Assembly (NCBI RefSeq): GCF_963921235.1
Contig: NC_086097.1
Location: forward strand, 229,092,001 to 229,156,000
DNA from: Mobula hypostoma
Lineage: Eukaryota
Reading direction: 5' to 3'
DNA: 64,000 nucleotides
Part shown: positions 27,111-41,054 of the stretch, one piece after another
Layout: each line of letters begins with the position of its first letter
Numbering within the stretch: the first letter of the stretch is position 1
Made by a program: the position numbers and the translations under genes
Notes under the pieces: model-generated
Told to the model about the DNA's origin: nothing
Database searches by the model: none
Seen by the model: the letters and a program-made list of their open reading frames with translations, nothing else

Positions 27111-28389
27111 TCCTGCGTGTTATTTGCACGTTCCCTGCCATTTGCACAATTTGCTCTTTTGCACACTGGGTGTTTGATGTTTTCTGTGAACGAGTTCCAT
27201 GGTACTTGTTTCGTGGCTGTCTGCGGGAAGACAAATCTCAGGGTTGTATACTTCATACATACTTTGATAATAAATATACTTTGAAGCTTTGAATCGTAGT
27301 TTCTGTTTTGATGAAGTACCTGCAGTGTCTACAGATCTAGCAATTACACATGCAACACACAAACCACCAACTGCACCAAGCCAGTGATTTCACATAGAAA
27401 GCTTCACTGGAAGTGCAATCAGCTGGAAAGGATGCCTGGCACTCAACTCAGTTATCTGTCAATATCTCACTTATTTTGTTTCTTGTCTGATCTTCCTATA
27501 TCCAAATGTTGATATGCAAATAAACAGTATCAGATTAGAGCCAATGTTTTCCTTCAATAGAACGAGTATAACCCATTTTGAAGATGATTAAGAACATTAT
27601 TACAGCTTGCATTTCAGGACCTAAAAATGTTCCAGAACAATTTATTGTCATTTAAGCACTTTAGTTATTGCTTTTATGCACAAGATGCAGCTTCCAATTT
27701 GTGCATAGGAAGTCACAAAAACCCTGAACATAGCTAGATAGTGTTCAAAAACTACTATAGAGTATAAATACGTGTTACAATGTCAAAGGGGCCACTTCTT
27801 CAAATAACAATATGGGATCTTGCACATTGATGGTATCTCTGAAAACTTGACACACCTAAATAATGCAAGGACTGAAGGAGAACGAAGGTCCCAAGACTGA
27901 AACAAATCCACAATTTCTGACTCTGATTTGAAAGCTACTTACTCCTGGCTGCCATTAAATAATTCTTCAAAATATGCTAAAAATACATTAAAATTAACAA
28001 AAATTATGCTGTGTGTAGACTTCAGGCAATAAATAACCCTGAAAATAGAAATTCCAACCTTGACCAATATGCAAGCCTGTTGGTATGAAAAAAAATTCAT
28101 TCAGAATGGCTAACGATGCACTGTGCAAATAGAACAGATACATGCAAGATTAGATTTGCAACCTGGGCAATAATTTGGCAGCGTTAATCATTCAGCTCTT
28201 CTAGAACTGGTATGGCTCTTATTTCATGGAGTGAAAGTCAGGGAAGAGCTATAAAGGGCAAATGTTTGATAAAAGGTAGATTGTTCACCATACAGTGAAG
28301 AGAAAAATCTAACTCAGCACTCCTAATTAAAAGCACAGAGTGCAGAATAAATCAATCTTATGCATTAAAATTCATTATTTGTAACACCA

Positions 28390-29645
28390 TATGACATAGG
28401 AGCAGAATTAGGCCACTAGGCCCATCAAGTCTCCTTCATCATTTCATTATGGCTGATTTACTATCCCTTTCAAAACCATTCTCCTGCCTTCTCCCTGTAA
28501 CCTAGGACACCCTGACTAATCAAGAACCTATCAACCTCCGCTTTAAATATATCCAATGACTTGGCCTCCACAGCCATCTGTAGCAATGGATTCTACAGAC
28601 TCACCACTGTCTGGATAAAGAAATTCCTCCTCATCTCTGTTCTAAATTTGATGTCCTCTTCTGTGGCTGTGCCCTCTGGTCCTAGACTCTCCTACTATGG
28701 GAAACATCCTCCACACATCCACTGTATCTAAGGTCTTTCAACGTTCGATAGATCTCAATGAGATCCCCCCGCCCTTATTCTGAACTCCAGCAAGTCCAGG
28801 CCCAGAGCCACCAAACAATCTTCATACATTAACCCTTTCGTTCCTAGAATCATTTTTGTGGATCTCCGCTGGACTCTTTCCAACACTAGCATATCTTTTC
28901 TTAGACAACTGCTCACAATACCTCAAGTGAAGTCTGACCTCAGTGTTGCATCTTTGCTTTTGTATCCTCGTCCTCTCAAAATGAATGCTAACATTGCAAA
29001 TGCCTTCCTTACAATCGACTCAACCTGCAAGTTACCCTGCTCAAGAATGCCTAGGTCCCTTTATATCTCTAATTTTTGAACCTACATCTTTTAGAAAATA
29101 GTCTATTTCTTTATTCCATATACCAAAGTACATGACCATGCACTCCCCTACACTATATTCCAGTGTGTCACTTCTTTGCCCATTCTCCTAATCTGAGCCC
29201 TTCTGCAGAGTCCCTGATTCCTCAACGCTACCTGCCCCTCCAGCTATACTCATATTGTCTGCAAATATGGCCACAAAGCCATCAATTCCATCAAACAATT
29301 ACAAACAAGAGAAAATCTGCCGATGCTGGAAATCTGAGCAACACACACAAAATGCCGGAGGAACTCAGCAGGCCAGGCAGCATCTTTGGAAAGAAAGTAC
29401 AGTCGACGTTTTGGGCCGAGACCCTTCAGCAGGACTAACATACAGTATAACATGAAAAGAAACAGTCCAACACCTAACCCTGTGGAACACCACTAGTCAC
29501 AGACAGCCAACCAGAAAAGGCTCCTTTTGTTCTCACTCTTTGCCTCCTATCGTTCAGCCAATCTTCTACCCACAACGGCGTCCTTCCTGTTATACAATGG
29601 GTTCTTATCTTGTTAAGCAGTCTCATGTGCAGCACCTTGTTCAAG
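28390..29645 (-). mobile_element. CR1 fragment interrupted by PLE piece
   Basis: CR1 3'UTR and ORF2 remnants on the minus strand. Confidence 0.8.
29301..29439 (-). mobile_element. Short PLE terminal-repeat insertion within CR1
   Basis: Family tail plus hammerhead at 29400-29437 with a mutated core (CTGCTGA, AAAAC). Interrupts a CR1 fragment. Confidence 0.85.
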
Positions 29646-29769
29646 GTAATATGAATCGAAGGTCATACCACTCTTATTTGGTTATAGAAAAGAAGGAAAA
29701 TAGAATAAAAACATTTTCTTGCTCCATCATCAAAATGTAAAACTTTTATTGAAGGTACTTTGGTTGGGT

Positions 29770-29940
29770 TGGGTTGAGTTGTTCTCTGATCTTGGCAATT
29801 TATTTGCAAACGTTTCGTCACCATGCGAGGACACATCATCAGCGTGCTGTTGATTGTAGTGTGTCCTCCAAATGCTTGGTCTTTATATAATTTTCAATCA
29901 GCTGATTGCAATATCATTTCAGAAACTTAATTATGATGTG
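29770..29940 (-). mobile_element. Fragment of a second PLE family with hammerhead-like motif (29805-29848)
   Basis: Minus strand gcacg-CTGATGA-tgtgtcctcgcatggtgac-GAAACGTT-tgc. Flanks are unrelated to the main family. Confidence 0.55.
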
Positions 29941-32900
29941 GGGAGGAAATCTTGTTGCTGAAAAGTACTTTTGATAATTCTAAAATTGCAGCCACCAGAA
30001 TTAAGACCAGCTTGTTTCTAATTTCCTACCCAATGTTGCAACATTTCTTTTCACGAGTATTTAAAATATATGAAAATGAATTTTTCCTCCTCATAAATGA
30101 TCATCGATATATGTCATGGAACTTATCACTCTGCGGCAATAAATTTCTATGCATACACAATACATTCCATGTTTCTTTAATTTTCAGAGATAAATCAAGC
30201 AATAAAAAAGTAAGTTTTTGTTCTAAAATGCTAGCCCCAAGTAACAATATGCATATTCTCACAATGAGAATAATTCTTGCACTGATCTCAGTAAACAACA
30301 GAGCACAAGAGTTGTTCTGGTTCACAGTTGAGGGAAATATAACATTGCAAATAAAACACCTTACAAAAAGGTTTACCAGCAAATCTCTGCTTTTCCACCT
30401 TCCAAATCCTGTTTATTTTTTAGTCTTTTTTTTATTTGACCCATTTTTCAGTGATAGATCCCATACAGTTAACAATCTTGATTCATAAACAGAATATTCG
30501 GTCTATTAAGAAAGATCCAATATTATTTTGTCATGACATTGGGTGGGTAATGACTACGACATTGCCAATGTCTATTCAGCCTAAGACTATTATGAGAGTT
30601 CATTACCAAAAACACTAATGCTAAGCAAAACAAATCTATACTGCTGAACTTTTTGAACACTAGTAAATTGGAGCAACTTATCTACTGAAGACCCTATGAT
30701 TTGTTAACTACTTCCAGGGGAGGATAAGTAGAGGGGAGAAAACAGAAAAATAATCTGTTTTGGTGCAAAGAAACAGCATATCCTAATACAAGTCACTAGA
30801 CAATGCAAATTCTTTGTAAAATAGCATAATTAGCTCTGCAGGAGACTGGAAAGTCACATTAAAAACAATGTTCTAAAAATAGGACTACAAGGTTGTAAAG
30901 ACACCCCCTGCTGTTCTGACTGTGTCTTTACAATAGTTTCCTCTACTTAAAATGTATGCCAATTTGTGGAAAGGTGCCACCAAGTGGAGAAGTTTAGAAA
31001 CAACTAATTAATATGAGAAGGGAAAGCACTTGTTGCCGATGGCTAAGCACAATCAACATACTATTCAATTATGTTTAGAATGATTCAGCGCATTAAACTA
31101 CATCGTTGTAATTTTCACTCTGAAAATCCAAACTCAAAATCAGTCTTATTTTATACAAAGCAATTTCAGATAGATAACATTGATAAACTTCCCTTTGACG
31201 TTCAAAATCTACCCTAAATAATTGTCCCAATGTTCAGAGCCAGGATGCGAAGTACTTGAAGCAATATTTAAGCAGCATGAGCTGCCACTTCGCCCCAGGT
31301 AGGATTTAGCCCTCCTGTGGGAGGACTATGCATTTTTCTCGATCAGTGAACAATATGACCACCACATGTGGCGTCCAAACTTAGGGAAATAAAATTGAAC
31401 TGTCATTCCTTTCAAATAATAGCCAGTTCTGCAGAATTTATTCCATAATATCAATGCATTGGCTTACACAACAGACATTAACATTACCTCAGCACCTCTC
31501 CTGCCATCAAAGGGATGATTCTATCATCTCAAACCATTAAAAGTAAAATGGTATCGCAGATTAAATCTCATTTCTCTGCTGTCAAGGATCTTAAAATGTA
31601 TTTTAAGTCGATTTTATAGCACCAAATGTAATAAAAATAGATTTGCACTTTACTTGCAGATGAGATTCAATATATTACTGTGACTACTCACTGAAAGCAA
31701 TTTCATGTTTTATTTTCAAACAAGCTTTTTTGGCACATGGGGAAGTGTCCTTGGATATGCTTCACATTGAATCTTAGTGCCATCATATTACCTACCGATC
31801 TGAATATGAAATGTTTTCGGTTGATAAAGGAAGAAGGTTTTAGTTTGCTAAATCAATAAACATGAAGACCATAAGATAGGTATAGGAGCAGAATTAGGCC
31901 ATTTAGCCCATTGCGTCTGCTTCACCATTTCATCATGGCTGATCCATTTTCTCCCCTCAGCCCCAATCTCCTGCCTTCTGCCCATATCCCTTCATGCCCT
32001 GACTAATCGAAGATCTACCAACCTCTGCCTTAAATATACTCAATGACTTGTCCTGTGGCAACAAATTCCACAGATTCACCACCATCTGGCTAATTCTTGC
32101 ATTGGCCTGCTTTGGCTGTAATTTGAGAATTAATCCAATTTTGTCACTACACTTTAGAAAGGATGTGAAGCCCCTTGAGACTTGGTGCAAAAAGGATTTA
32201 GACCAGCCTTTCTCAACCTTTTTGCCCTGGAGGAACCCTTGAAATAATTTCCAGATCTCAGGGAACCCCTGCGTAAAAATTATTATATCTACAGCTCAAT
32301 GTACGTTAGCGTGATCAGTAAGTTGTAGATATAGTAATGCAAAAATAATTGTCAATGCTCGTTTGAGTAGAGAATGAATTTTTAGCTTACCTTTCTTGAA
32401 ATTAATTTCTTTCTTTCTCTTTCATAAATTGTAAAAACTCACAAGGCAAACATAAAAAAATTTCTCAATTCTGGGTCAAACATAAGATAAGCACACACGG
32501 ATTTCACCTTCAACTGAAATGAGACGGTTTCTATCCTTCTTCCTGATGCTTGTTAAACAAGAAAAAGCTTGCTCACACATGTAAGAAGTTGAAAACTGCA
32601 GCAAAATGTTCATTACTTTCCAATGAATGGTAGGATACTCTTCCTTCACAGAAATTCATAACTTGTCCAGGGGCAGGTCAGTAAATCCTCTTTTCTCAAA
32701 GTCAAGTTCTCAGGATGAGCAGAAGATTCACAGAAAGGCTTCCTCACCCAGTCGTACACTTGTGTTGAAAGGGAAGAAAAATACTGTTCAATTTTGTTCT
32801 GCAGTTCTTCCAGGCAGTTTTCAATAAGACTCAAGATTTTCTGATATTCTTCGTCACTCTCAAGCCCAAGCAGCAGTGGAAACATTTGAAGATTTCCTTT

Positions 32901-33390
32901 TGCAACGTGATTTTTCCAAAGATTCTGTTTCCTTTTAAATCTAAGGATCTTGTCACTTGAAGTCTAAACACTTTTCCAGGGCCTTGTAGAGACTTGTTCC
33001 AAACTGGTTCATATGATAGTAAATGTCTACTAAGTAGGCTAGTTTCTGCAGCCATTCGTCATCTTCAAAGCACTCAGCAAAATCCGACATACTATATTTT
33101 TTGAAAGTGTTCCTGCAATTCACCTTTCAGCTCAAACACCCTGTTGAGAACTCTTCCTCTGCTAAGCAACCGGATTTCTGTATGCAGCAAGAGATTGGTG
33201 TGCTCTTTGTTCAGGCCTTCACACAGCTTTTTAAGCATCCTCAAGTGAACTGGTCTTAAAGCTACTAAATAACTTGCTTACTGAGACTGTAACATTATTT
33301 TCAAAAGCATTAACCTGTTTGTTTTGCGATTCCAATAGTTGTTTAAAATAGTCAGCACTTTACCTATCATATGGCTGTGATCTGTAGTTA

Positions 33391-33490
33391 CAAACAAGAG
33401 AAAATCTGCTGAAGGGTCTTGGCCCTAAACGTCGACTGTACTCTTTTCCATAGGTGCTGCCAGGCCTGCTGAGTTCCTCCAGCATTTTGC
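33391..33490. mobile_element. Short PLE insertion with inverted end, inside hAT element
   Basis: Inverted tail (caaacaagagaaaatctgc) fused to the hammerhead 3' part. TSD gtgat(c/t)tgtagtta at 33377-33390 and 33491-33504. Confidence 0.8.
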
Positions 33491-34318
33491 GTGATTTGTA
33501 GTTAAGTGTCTTTTCATTTTGCTGGAGCCATTGTTACCTTTGTAAGTTATTTGTCAGAGACTAGACGAAATGGAATAGGACAACTTGATTCAGCAGTCCA
33601 GGTAAAACCCATTGATAACTGGCTTTCATTGTAAAGACGGACATTTCTTGTGGTCATTGTTGCACTAATGCAGTGAAATGACTCAGAAGAATGTAATTCT
33701 TCATCATTAACCTTTCAAAATTGTCTGTAAGCCTAGGCCAAGAATCCTCCTCTTTCATCTCACACCTCCTCTTCAAAAATCGCCAAACTGGACCGTCTTT
33801 ACAATAATAAGTTCCCTCCAAATTTCTGCTACACTGGTAGTTTGTTCACTTCCATGAGTCAGTCAGCAGTACACAAGGGGAGATTGGAGGAGGTAATTTG
33901 GGAAGGAGGAGCTGACCTCACAGCCCAAGTTGGGCGAGTCCAGTCAATGCTCAGAAAATGCACTTCACGCTCCTCATCAGCCTACAGTCCTCCCCTCTGT
34001 GCAATAAATACAGCACTCACCAATCATCAACCTACCATCCTCCCCTCCTTGCAAAACAGCACTCACCAATTAATTACTAGCCTACCATCATCCCCTCTGT
34101 GCAATACAGCGCTCACTAATTATCAACTGCCTCCCCTATCTTGTGTCAAAAACTGAGAATGGCCTCAACCAAATAAACACGGTCCTACTGTGCACTGCCA
34201 TACTGGGCTAAGATTGCTAACTGGGCTGCTCGATCACTGCCCACCAATGCGAGTGCCAGCATCACACGTTGTGCAAAGTTCAAAAGACAACGTTTTATTT
34301 AAATCACAATCTCTCGTG

Positions 34319-34620
34319 TTGGCACGTGGCCAAGTGGTTAAGGCGTCAGTCTAGTGATCTGAAGGTCGCTAGTTCGAGCCTCAGCTGAGGCAGCGTGTTT
34401 TGTCCTTGAGCAAGGCACTTAACCACACACTGCCCTGCAACAACACTGGTGCCCAGCTGTATCGGCCCTAGTGCCCTTCCCTTGGACAACATCGGTGGCA
34501 TGGAGAGGGGAGACTTGCAGCATGGGCAACTGCCGGTCTTCCATACAACCTTGCCCAGACCTGCGTCCTGGAAACCTTCCAAGGTGCAAATCTATGGTGT
34601 CACGAGACTAACGGATGTCT
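34319..34620 (+). mobile_element. tRNA-derived SINE (family A), inside hAT element
   Basis: Same sequence as 8291-8600. TSD AATCTCTCGTG (34308-34318, 34621-34631). Confidence 0.9.
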
Positions 34621-35227
34621 AATCTCTCGTGGAATGCCTAGCGACCTCTCACGGAACCCCGGATGAGAAACCCTGATGAGAATCAGGTCAATTGACCCAT
34701 CCAATCTGCTCCACCATTCCACCATTTATTATCCCTTTCAACCCCATTCTTTTGCTGTGAACCCATAACCTTTGATTTACTAGAATAGTTCCAGGGATCA
34801 TGGATTTCAGTTACAATGTGTGACTGGAAAGAGCTGGGTTTGCCTTCCTTGTTAAGACATTTAACGGGAGTTTTACAAGATGCTGAATAGTTTTGATACA
34901 CTGAGTAGTCGGAAGCCACTATTCAATTGATAATACATCCCACTGACTACAGTGTGCCAGCACTGGATTTAGTCAACAGAGGAAAAGTTTTTGAAGATCA
35001 GTATAACAAGCATAGCACAAAGTCTATGATCTACTGGGTAACAAGTGATTCCTGCCCTCTTCCGAGCCATGGGACCTATTTCCAACAGGCATTTCAAAGC
35101 ACTGGAGTACCAAATCCACCAGCATTGAAGACCCTAATTACTGTTCAATAGAACAGAGGGCCCCTTTCTGTGCCTTTATAATATATGAACTCCTAAATAT
35201 GCACTGCGAATATTTATTGTTCCCCAA

Positions 35228-35505
35228 CGGGCTGGTATGGTAGCATAGAGGTTAGCATGACACTTTACAGTACCCGTGTCTCGGGTTCATTTACCGCCAC
35301 TGCCTGTGAGGAGTTTGTACGTTCTCCCCGTGACTGCGTGGGTTTCCTTCGGGTGCTCTGTTTTCCTCGCACCGTCCAAAGACGTACCAGTCAGTAGGTT
35401 AATTGGTCACTGCATGATTAGGCTAGAATTAATTGAGGGATTGCTGGGCAGTGCAGCTCGAAGGGCTGGAATAGCCTATTCTGCACTGTGTGCCAATAAA
35501 TAAAA
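35228..35505 (+). mobile_element. V-SINE-like element
   Basis: gcgtgggtttccttcgggtgctctgttttcctc core with an aataaataaa tail. Confidence 0.8.
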
Positions 35506-37304
35506 GCTAAGTTTAAGTTGGGAGTTTAGTAGGATATGTGGTATACGGAGTGTGCAGCAGTTTAATAAATAATCTTTTTCGAAGTTCAATCTTTTCAGTA
35601 GCTCGATTTGGAAATTCAAAGACGAATATGGTTCATTTGTGGTTAGATACCCCAGTGTCCCTAAACAAACCTGACTCAGGTATAGGCTGGTAAATTAATA
35701 AATATCTTAAAATCACTGATGAAGTGTGATGAAGACATAGACATAGACTACTACTGCATCTACTGGATGGAATGCAAGCAAATTCTGCAGTTAAGTACAT
35801 ATGAACATACAAACTGGGAGCAGTAGGCCACTTTGCTCCCTTAACCTGCTGTCATTCAGTAAGATCACAGCTGTTCTAACTGCAACCTCATCACATTCCT
35901 GCCTTCCTCTGGTAACTTTCCAATGACATGTTTATCAAGGACCTATCTACTACTGCCTTACTTTTTTCCCCAAAGTCTCTCTTTCTCATAGGACAGTGGA
36001 AACAGAGTTCCAAAAATGTTGCCTTATTTCTGACTTAAAAGGAGAATCTTAGTTCTGGATCTCTGAACAAGATAAAACATTCACCTCTGAAGTTACAAAT
36101 CTCAGCATTTCAAATAAGGAAACCACTGTTTTATTATATAACCATTATTATATCATTATTGCTTTTTGTTTATTGGAAGTCACCTGAACAACATCGATTT
36201 CTTCATACATATAAGTTCAAAGTAAATTTAGTATCAAAGTACAGGTATGTCACCATATACAAACTTGAGATTCATTTTCTCGCCTGCATACTCAGTAAAT
36301 CCAGGACAGAGTAATAACCATAATAAAATCAGTGAAGGTCCACACCAACTTGGGCGGTCTTTCATAAATAGTCAGTAACTAATTATATGGATAAAAAGCA
36401 AGCTTCATTTGACTGAGTGATTTAGATTGTCAATCTGACCTGCCCTTCAATGAAGCTGTACGTCAATGCCACAGGGCACTGATTATGAAATGCGTTTTCT
36501 TGGCTTAATCGGCTATAAACCTTAACTAAGTTCTATGGCTATTGATAACTGATGGCAATTACATAGATTTCTAGTTATTTTTTGACAACTTTTGGTTGCT
36601 CCCACTTTTTTTAAAAGCATGATATTTCAGGGTCAGTAATTTTCGTGCTACAATAGGAAATCTGCCAATACACACTATTCACTTGTGACTTCCCACTGTT
36701 TTGTAAATACAAGATTTGACGTAAATCTTTTCCCTAGTGTGGACAGGCAAATAGAGGCACATTTTTGACCCCTTAGATGTGAGGAAATACTGGCAAAACT
36801 GAAGTTATTACCCATCGCTAGTTTCCCAGAGAAAGAGATGTGCATTTTCTTCAATTATGCTTATCAGTAAATTGAATTTAAGCAGGGAATCTATTTTATT
36901 GATCCAGATTTTAAAAAATGAAAGCTTGACAGCAAATAACTGAGTAAAGCTGAAGTGCATCGTCTGGCAGTTGTAATGTTTATCAGCAGACACAATGGAA
37001 AAAGATTCAAGATTGTTTAATATCATTTCCTGTACCCAAGTGTAAAGAAGAATGAAATAATTATTACTCCAGATCTGATGCACCAAAAAAAACTATGAGA
37101 TAACAAAAATTAATAACAATAATCACAATAAGTACACAAGAGATAGCTTATATACATGATTGCACGTCAAAAAGTGTTGCTAGGCACAAGAGTGTCTGAA
37201 CATCAGAGTCGGGCAGAAGATAATAAAGTAGAAATGGCTGTGGGCATGGAGGGGTGGGTCAGTGGGTGGAGGTGTTGATCAGCCTTACTGCTTGGGGCAA
37301 GTAA

Positions 37305-40300
37305 CTATACTTTATACTTTATTGTTGCCAAACAATTGGTACTAGAATGTACAATCATCACAGCGATATTTGATTCTGCGCTTCACACTCCCTGGATTAC
37401 AAATATTAAATACTAAAAATAGTTAAAATTAGTAAATACTAAAAATTTAAATTATAAATCATAAATAGAAAATAGGAAAATGGGAGGTAAGGTAGTGCAA
37501 AAAAACCGAGAGACAGGTCCAGATATTTGGAGGGTACGGCCCAGATCTGGGTCAGGATCCATTCAGCAGTTTTATCACAGTTGGAAAGAAGCTGTTCCCA
37601 AATCTGGCCACACGAGTCTTCAAGCTCCTGAACCTTCTCCCGGAGGGAAGAGGGACGAAAAGTGTGTTGGCTGGGTGGGTCGTGTCCTTGATTATCCTGG
37701 CAGCACTGCTCCGACAGCAGGCGGTGTAAAGTGAGTTCACGGACGGAAGATTGGTTTGTGTGATGTGCTGCGCCGTGTTCACGATCTTCTGCAGCTTCTT
37801 TCGGTCTTGGACAGGACAACTTCCATACCAGGTTGTGATGCACCCTAGAAGAATGCTTTCTACAGTGCATCTATAAAAATTAGTGAGGGTTTTAGGGGAT
37901 AGGCCAAATTTCTTTAGTTTTCTCAGGAAGTAAGGGCGCTGGTGGGCCTTCTTGGCAGTGAACTCTGCTTGGTTGGACCAAGTCAGGTAATTTGTGATAC
38001 TAACCCTGAGGAACTTAAAGCTTTTGATCTGTTCCATAGAAACCATAGAAACTACAGCACAGAAACAGGCTTTTTGGCCCTTCTTGGCTGTGCCGAACCA
38101 TTTTCTGCCTAGTCCCACTGACCAGCACGCGGACCATATCCCTCCATACACCTCCCATCCATGCATCCGTCCAATTTATTCTTAAATGTTAAAAAAGAAC
38201 CCGCATTTACCACCTCGTCTGGCAGTTAATTCCATACTCCCACCACTCTCTGTGTGAAGAAGCCCTCACTAATGTTCCCTTTAAACTTTTCCCCCCTCAC
38301 CCTTAACCCATGTCCTCTGGTTTTTTTCTCCCCTTGCCTCAGTGGAAAAAGCCTGCTTGCATTCACTCTATCTATACCCATCATAATTTTATATACCTCT
38401 ATCAAATCTCCCCTCATTCTTCTACGCTCCAGGGAATAAAGTCCTAACCTATTCAACCTTTCTCTGTAACTGAGTTTCTCAAGACCCGGCAACATCCTTG
38501 TAAACCCTCTCTGCACTCTTTCAACCTTATTTATATCCTTCCTATAATTTGGTGACCAAAACTGAACACAATACTCCAGATTCGGCCTCACCAATGCCTT
38601 ATACAACCTCATCATAACATTCCAGCTCTTATACTCAATACTTTGACTAATAAAGGCCAATGTACCAAAAGCTCTCTTTACGACCCTATCTACCTGAGAC
38701 GCCACTTTTAGGGAATTTTGTATCTGTATTCCCAGATCCCTCTGTTCCACTGCACTCCTCAGTGCCTTACCATTAACCCTGTATGTTCTACCTTGGTTTG
38801 TCCTTCCAACGTGCAATACCTCACACTTGTCAGTACTAAACTCCATCTGCCATTTTTCAGCCCATTTTTCCAGCTGGTCCAAGTCCCTCTGCAGGCTCTG
38901 AAAACCTTCCTCACTGTCTACTACACCTCCAATCTTTGTATCATCAGCAAATTTGCTGATCCAATTTACCACATTATTATCCAGATCATTGATATAGATG
39001 ACAAATAACAATGGACCCAGCACTGATCCCTGTGGCACACCACTAGTCGCAGGCCTCCACTCAGAGAAGCAATTGTCTACTACCACTCTTCGGCTTCTTC
39101 CATCGAGCCAATGTCTAATCCAATTTACCACCTCTCCATGTATACCTAGCGACTGAATTTTCCTAACTAACCTCCCATGCGGGACCTTGTCAAAGGCCTT
39201 ACTGAAGTCCATGTAGACAATATCCACTGCCTTCCCTTCATCCACTTTCCTGGTAACCTCCTCGAAAAACTCCAACAGATTGGCCAAACATGACCTACCA
39301 CGCACAAAGCCATGTTGACTCTCCCTAATAAGTCCCTGTCTATCCAAATGCTTGTAGATTCTGTCTCTTAGTACTCCCTCCAATAACTTACGCACCACCG
39401 ATGTAAACTGGGTCGTGCGGTCTGCTACTCCTTCTGAAGTCAACAACCAATTCCTTCGTCTTGCTGACGTTGAGGGATAGGTTATTGTCTTCGCACCATG
39501 CCACCAGGTTCTTAATTTCCTCTCTGTACTCAAACTCATCATTACCCAAGATACGGCCTACAATTGTTGTGTCATCAGCAAACTTATATATTGAGTTTGA
39601 TGGAAACTTGGCTACACAATCATGGGTGTACAGTGAGTACAGCAGAGGGCTGAGTACACAGCCTTGTGGGGCACCAGTGCTCAGAGTGATTGTAGAGGAG
39701 AGTTTGTCCCCTATTTTTACAGCCTGGATCCTGTCTGTGAGGAAGCTGAAGATCCAACTGCAGATATGAGTGCTAAGGCCCAGGTTCCAGAGCTTAGGAA
39801 TCAGTTTATTTGGAATGATGGTATGAAAGGCCGAGCTGTAGTCAATGAAAAGGAGCCTTACGTATGAGTCTTTATTCTCCAGGTGTTCTAAGGAGGAATG
39901 TAGGGCTAGAGAGATGGCATCTGCCGTTGACCTGTTGCTCCGGTAGGCAAATTGCAAAGCATCGAGGTTAACTGGTAGGCTGTGGTTGATGTGTTCCATA
40001 ACCAATCTCTCAAAGCACTTCATAGCAATTGATGTCAGAGCCATAGGTCGATAGTTATTCAGGCATGCCATCTTGCTCTTCTTCGGCACTGGGATTACCG
40101 TTGCCTCTTAAAACACACGGGGATCTTAGGCTGAAGCAAGGAGCAGTTGAAGATGTCAGCAAACACTCCAGCTAGCTCACTTGCACAGGCCCGGAGAACC
40201 CGTCCTGGGTCACCATCTGGGCCCGTTGCCTTCCTTGGATTTATCTTCAGTAAGGCCCTTCTAATGTCCTCCTCGGTGATGATGAATCTCGATGCCACCA

Positions 40301-41050
40301 GGTCTGGTTCATCCGGAGGGAGAGGGATGCTCTTCTTCTGTTCGAATCCTGAGTAGAATACGTTAAGTTCGTCGGGAAGGGAAGCACCACAGTTATTGAT
40401 ATTCCCAGTCTTTTCTTTGCACCCAGTGATCTCATTTAGACCCTGCCATAGTCTACTGGCATCCCTTTGGTTAGCCAGGGCTTCCAACTTGGCTCGATAT
40501 TGCCTCTTGGCGCCCTTAACGGCTTTCCAGAGTTCACGCCTGGATTCCGTGTAGCGACTGGTATCCCCGGACCTAAAAGCCACAGCTCTAGCCTTTAAAA
40601 GGGACTTGACCTCATAATTCATCCAAGGTTTCCGGTTAGGGAATACCCGGATCATCTTGCGAGAGACACAGTCCTCCATTGCATTTCCAAATAAAGTCTG
40701 TGACAGCTGAGGCATACTCATCGAGGTTAGCTGCTGAGTCCTTGAATACTAACCAGTCCACCGATTCAAAGCAGTCACGGAGGACCTCATCCATTTCCTC
40801 CGTCCAACGCAACACCACTTTTGACACCATGACCTCCCGCTTCAGTTTCTGTTTGTAAGCCGGAAGGAGGAGTACGGACTGATGGTTCGATTTTCCGAAG
40901 TGAGGTTGTGGGACGGGACGGTAGGCATCCTTGACTACTGTGTAGCAGTGGTCAAGTATATTTGGGTCTCTAGTGGGGCAGGAGACAGGTTGGTATAACT
41001 TTGGCAGCGCCTTTCTGAGGTTGGCCCGGTTAAAGTCCCCGGCTGTAGTG
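37305..41050 (-). mobile_element. Long Rex1/Babar LINE (APE C-term, RT, C-terminal domain), frameshifted, interrupted by CR1
   Basis: AGDFN..LDHCYT..FGKSNH (endonuclease). RT motifs [37 protein letters not shown] and KFADDTT. Tail (TAAAGTA)n. Confidence 0.92.
38033..39390 (-). mobile_element. Young 5'-truncated CR1 LINE (ORF2 RT + 3'UTR)
   Basis: Open RT frame QHGFVRGRSC, YMDFSKAFDKVPH, GVPQGSVLGP, KFADDTK...KTRGH. Tail (TTTCTATGG)2. Confidence 0.95.
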
Positions 41051-41054
41051 AGCA

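Larger units (their letters stand above)
32204..34675 (-). mobile_element. Decayed hAT (Charlie/Buster-like) DNA transposon
   Basis: TIR-like CAGCCTTTCTCA / TGAGAAACCCTG with subterminal GGAACCC motifs. Transposase remnants include MFPLL...IEQYFSSLSTQVYDWVRKPF, LLHTEIRLLSRGRVLNR and FSTSYMCEQAFS. TSD not preserved. Confidence 0.8.

Noticed and set aside
29952..30488. 178-aa ORF
   Set aside because: AT-rich, non-ATG start, no recognisable motifs or splice structure.
38226..39542. 438-aa ORF and 37552-38166 ORF as chimeric genes
   Set aside because: Chance read-through across CR1/Rex1 insertion junctions.
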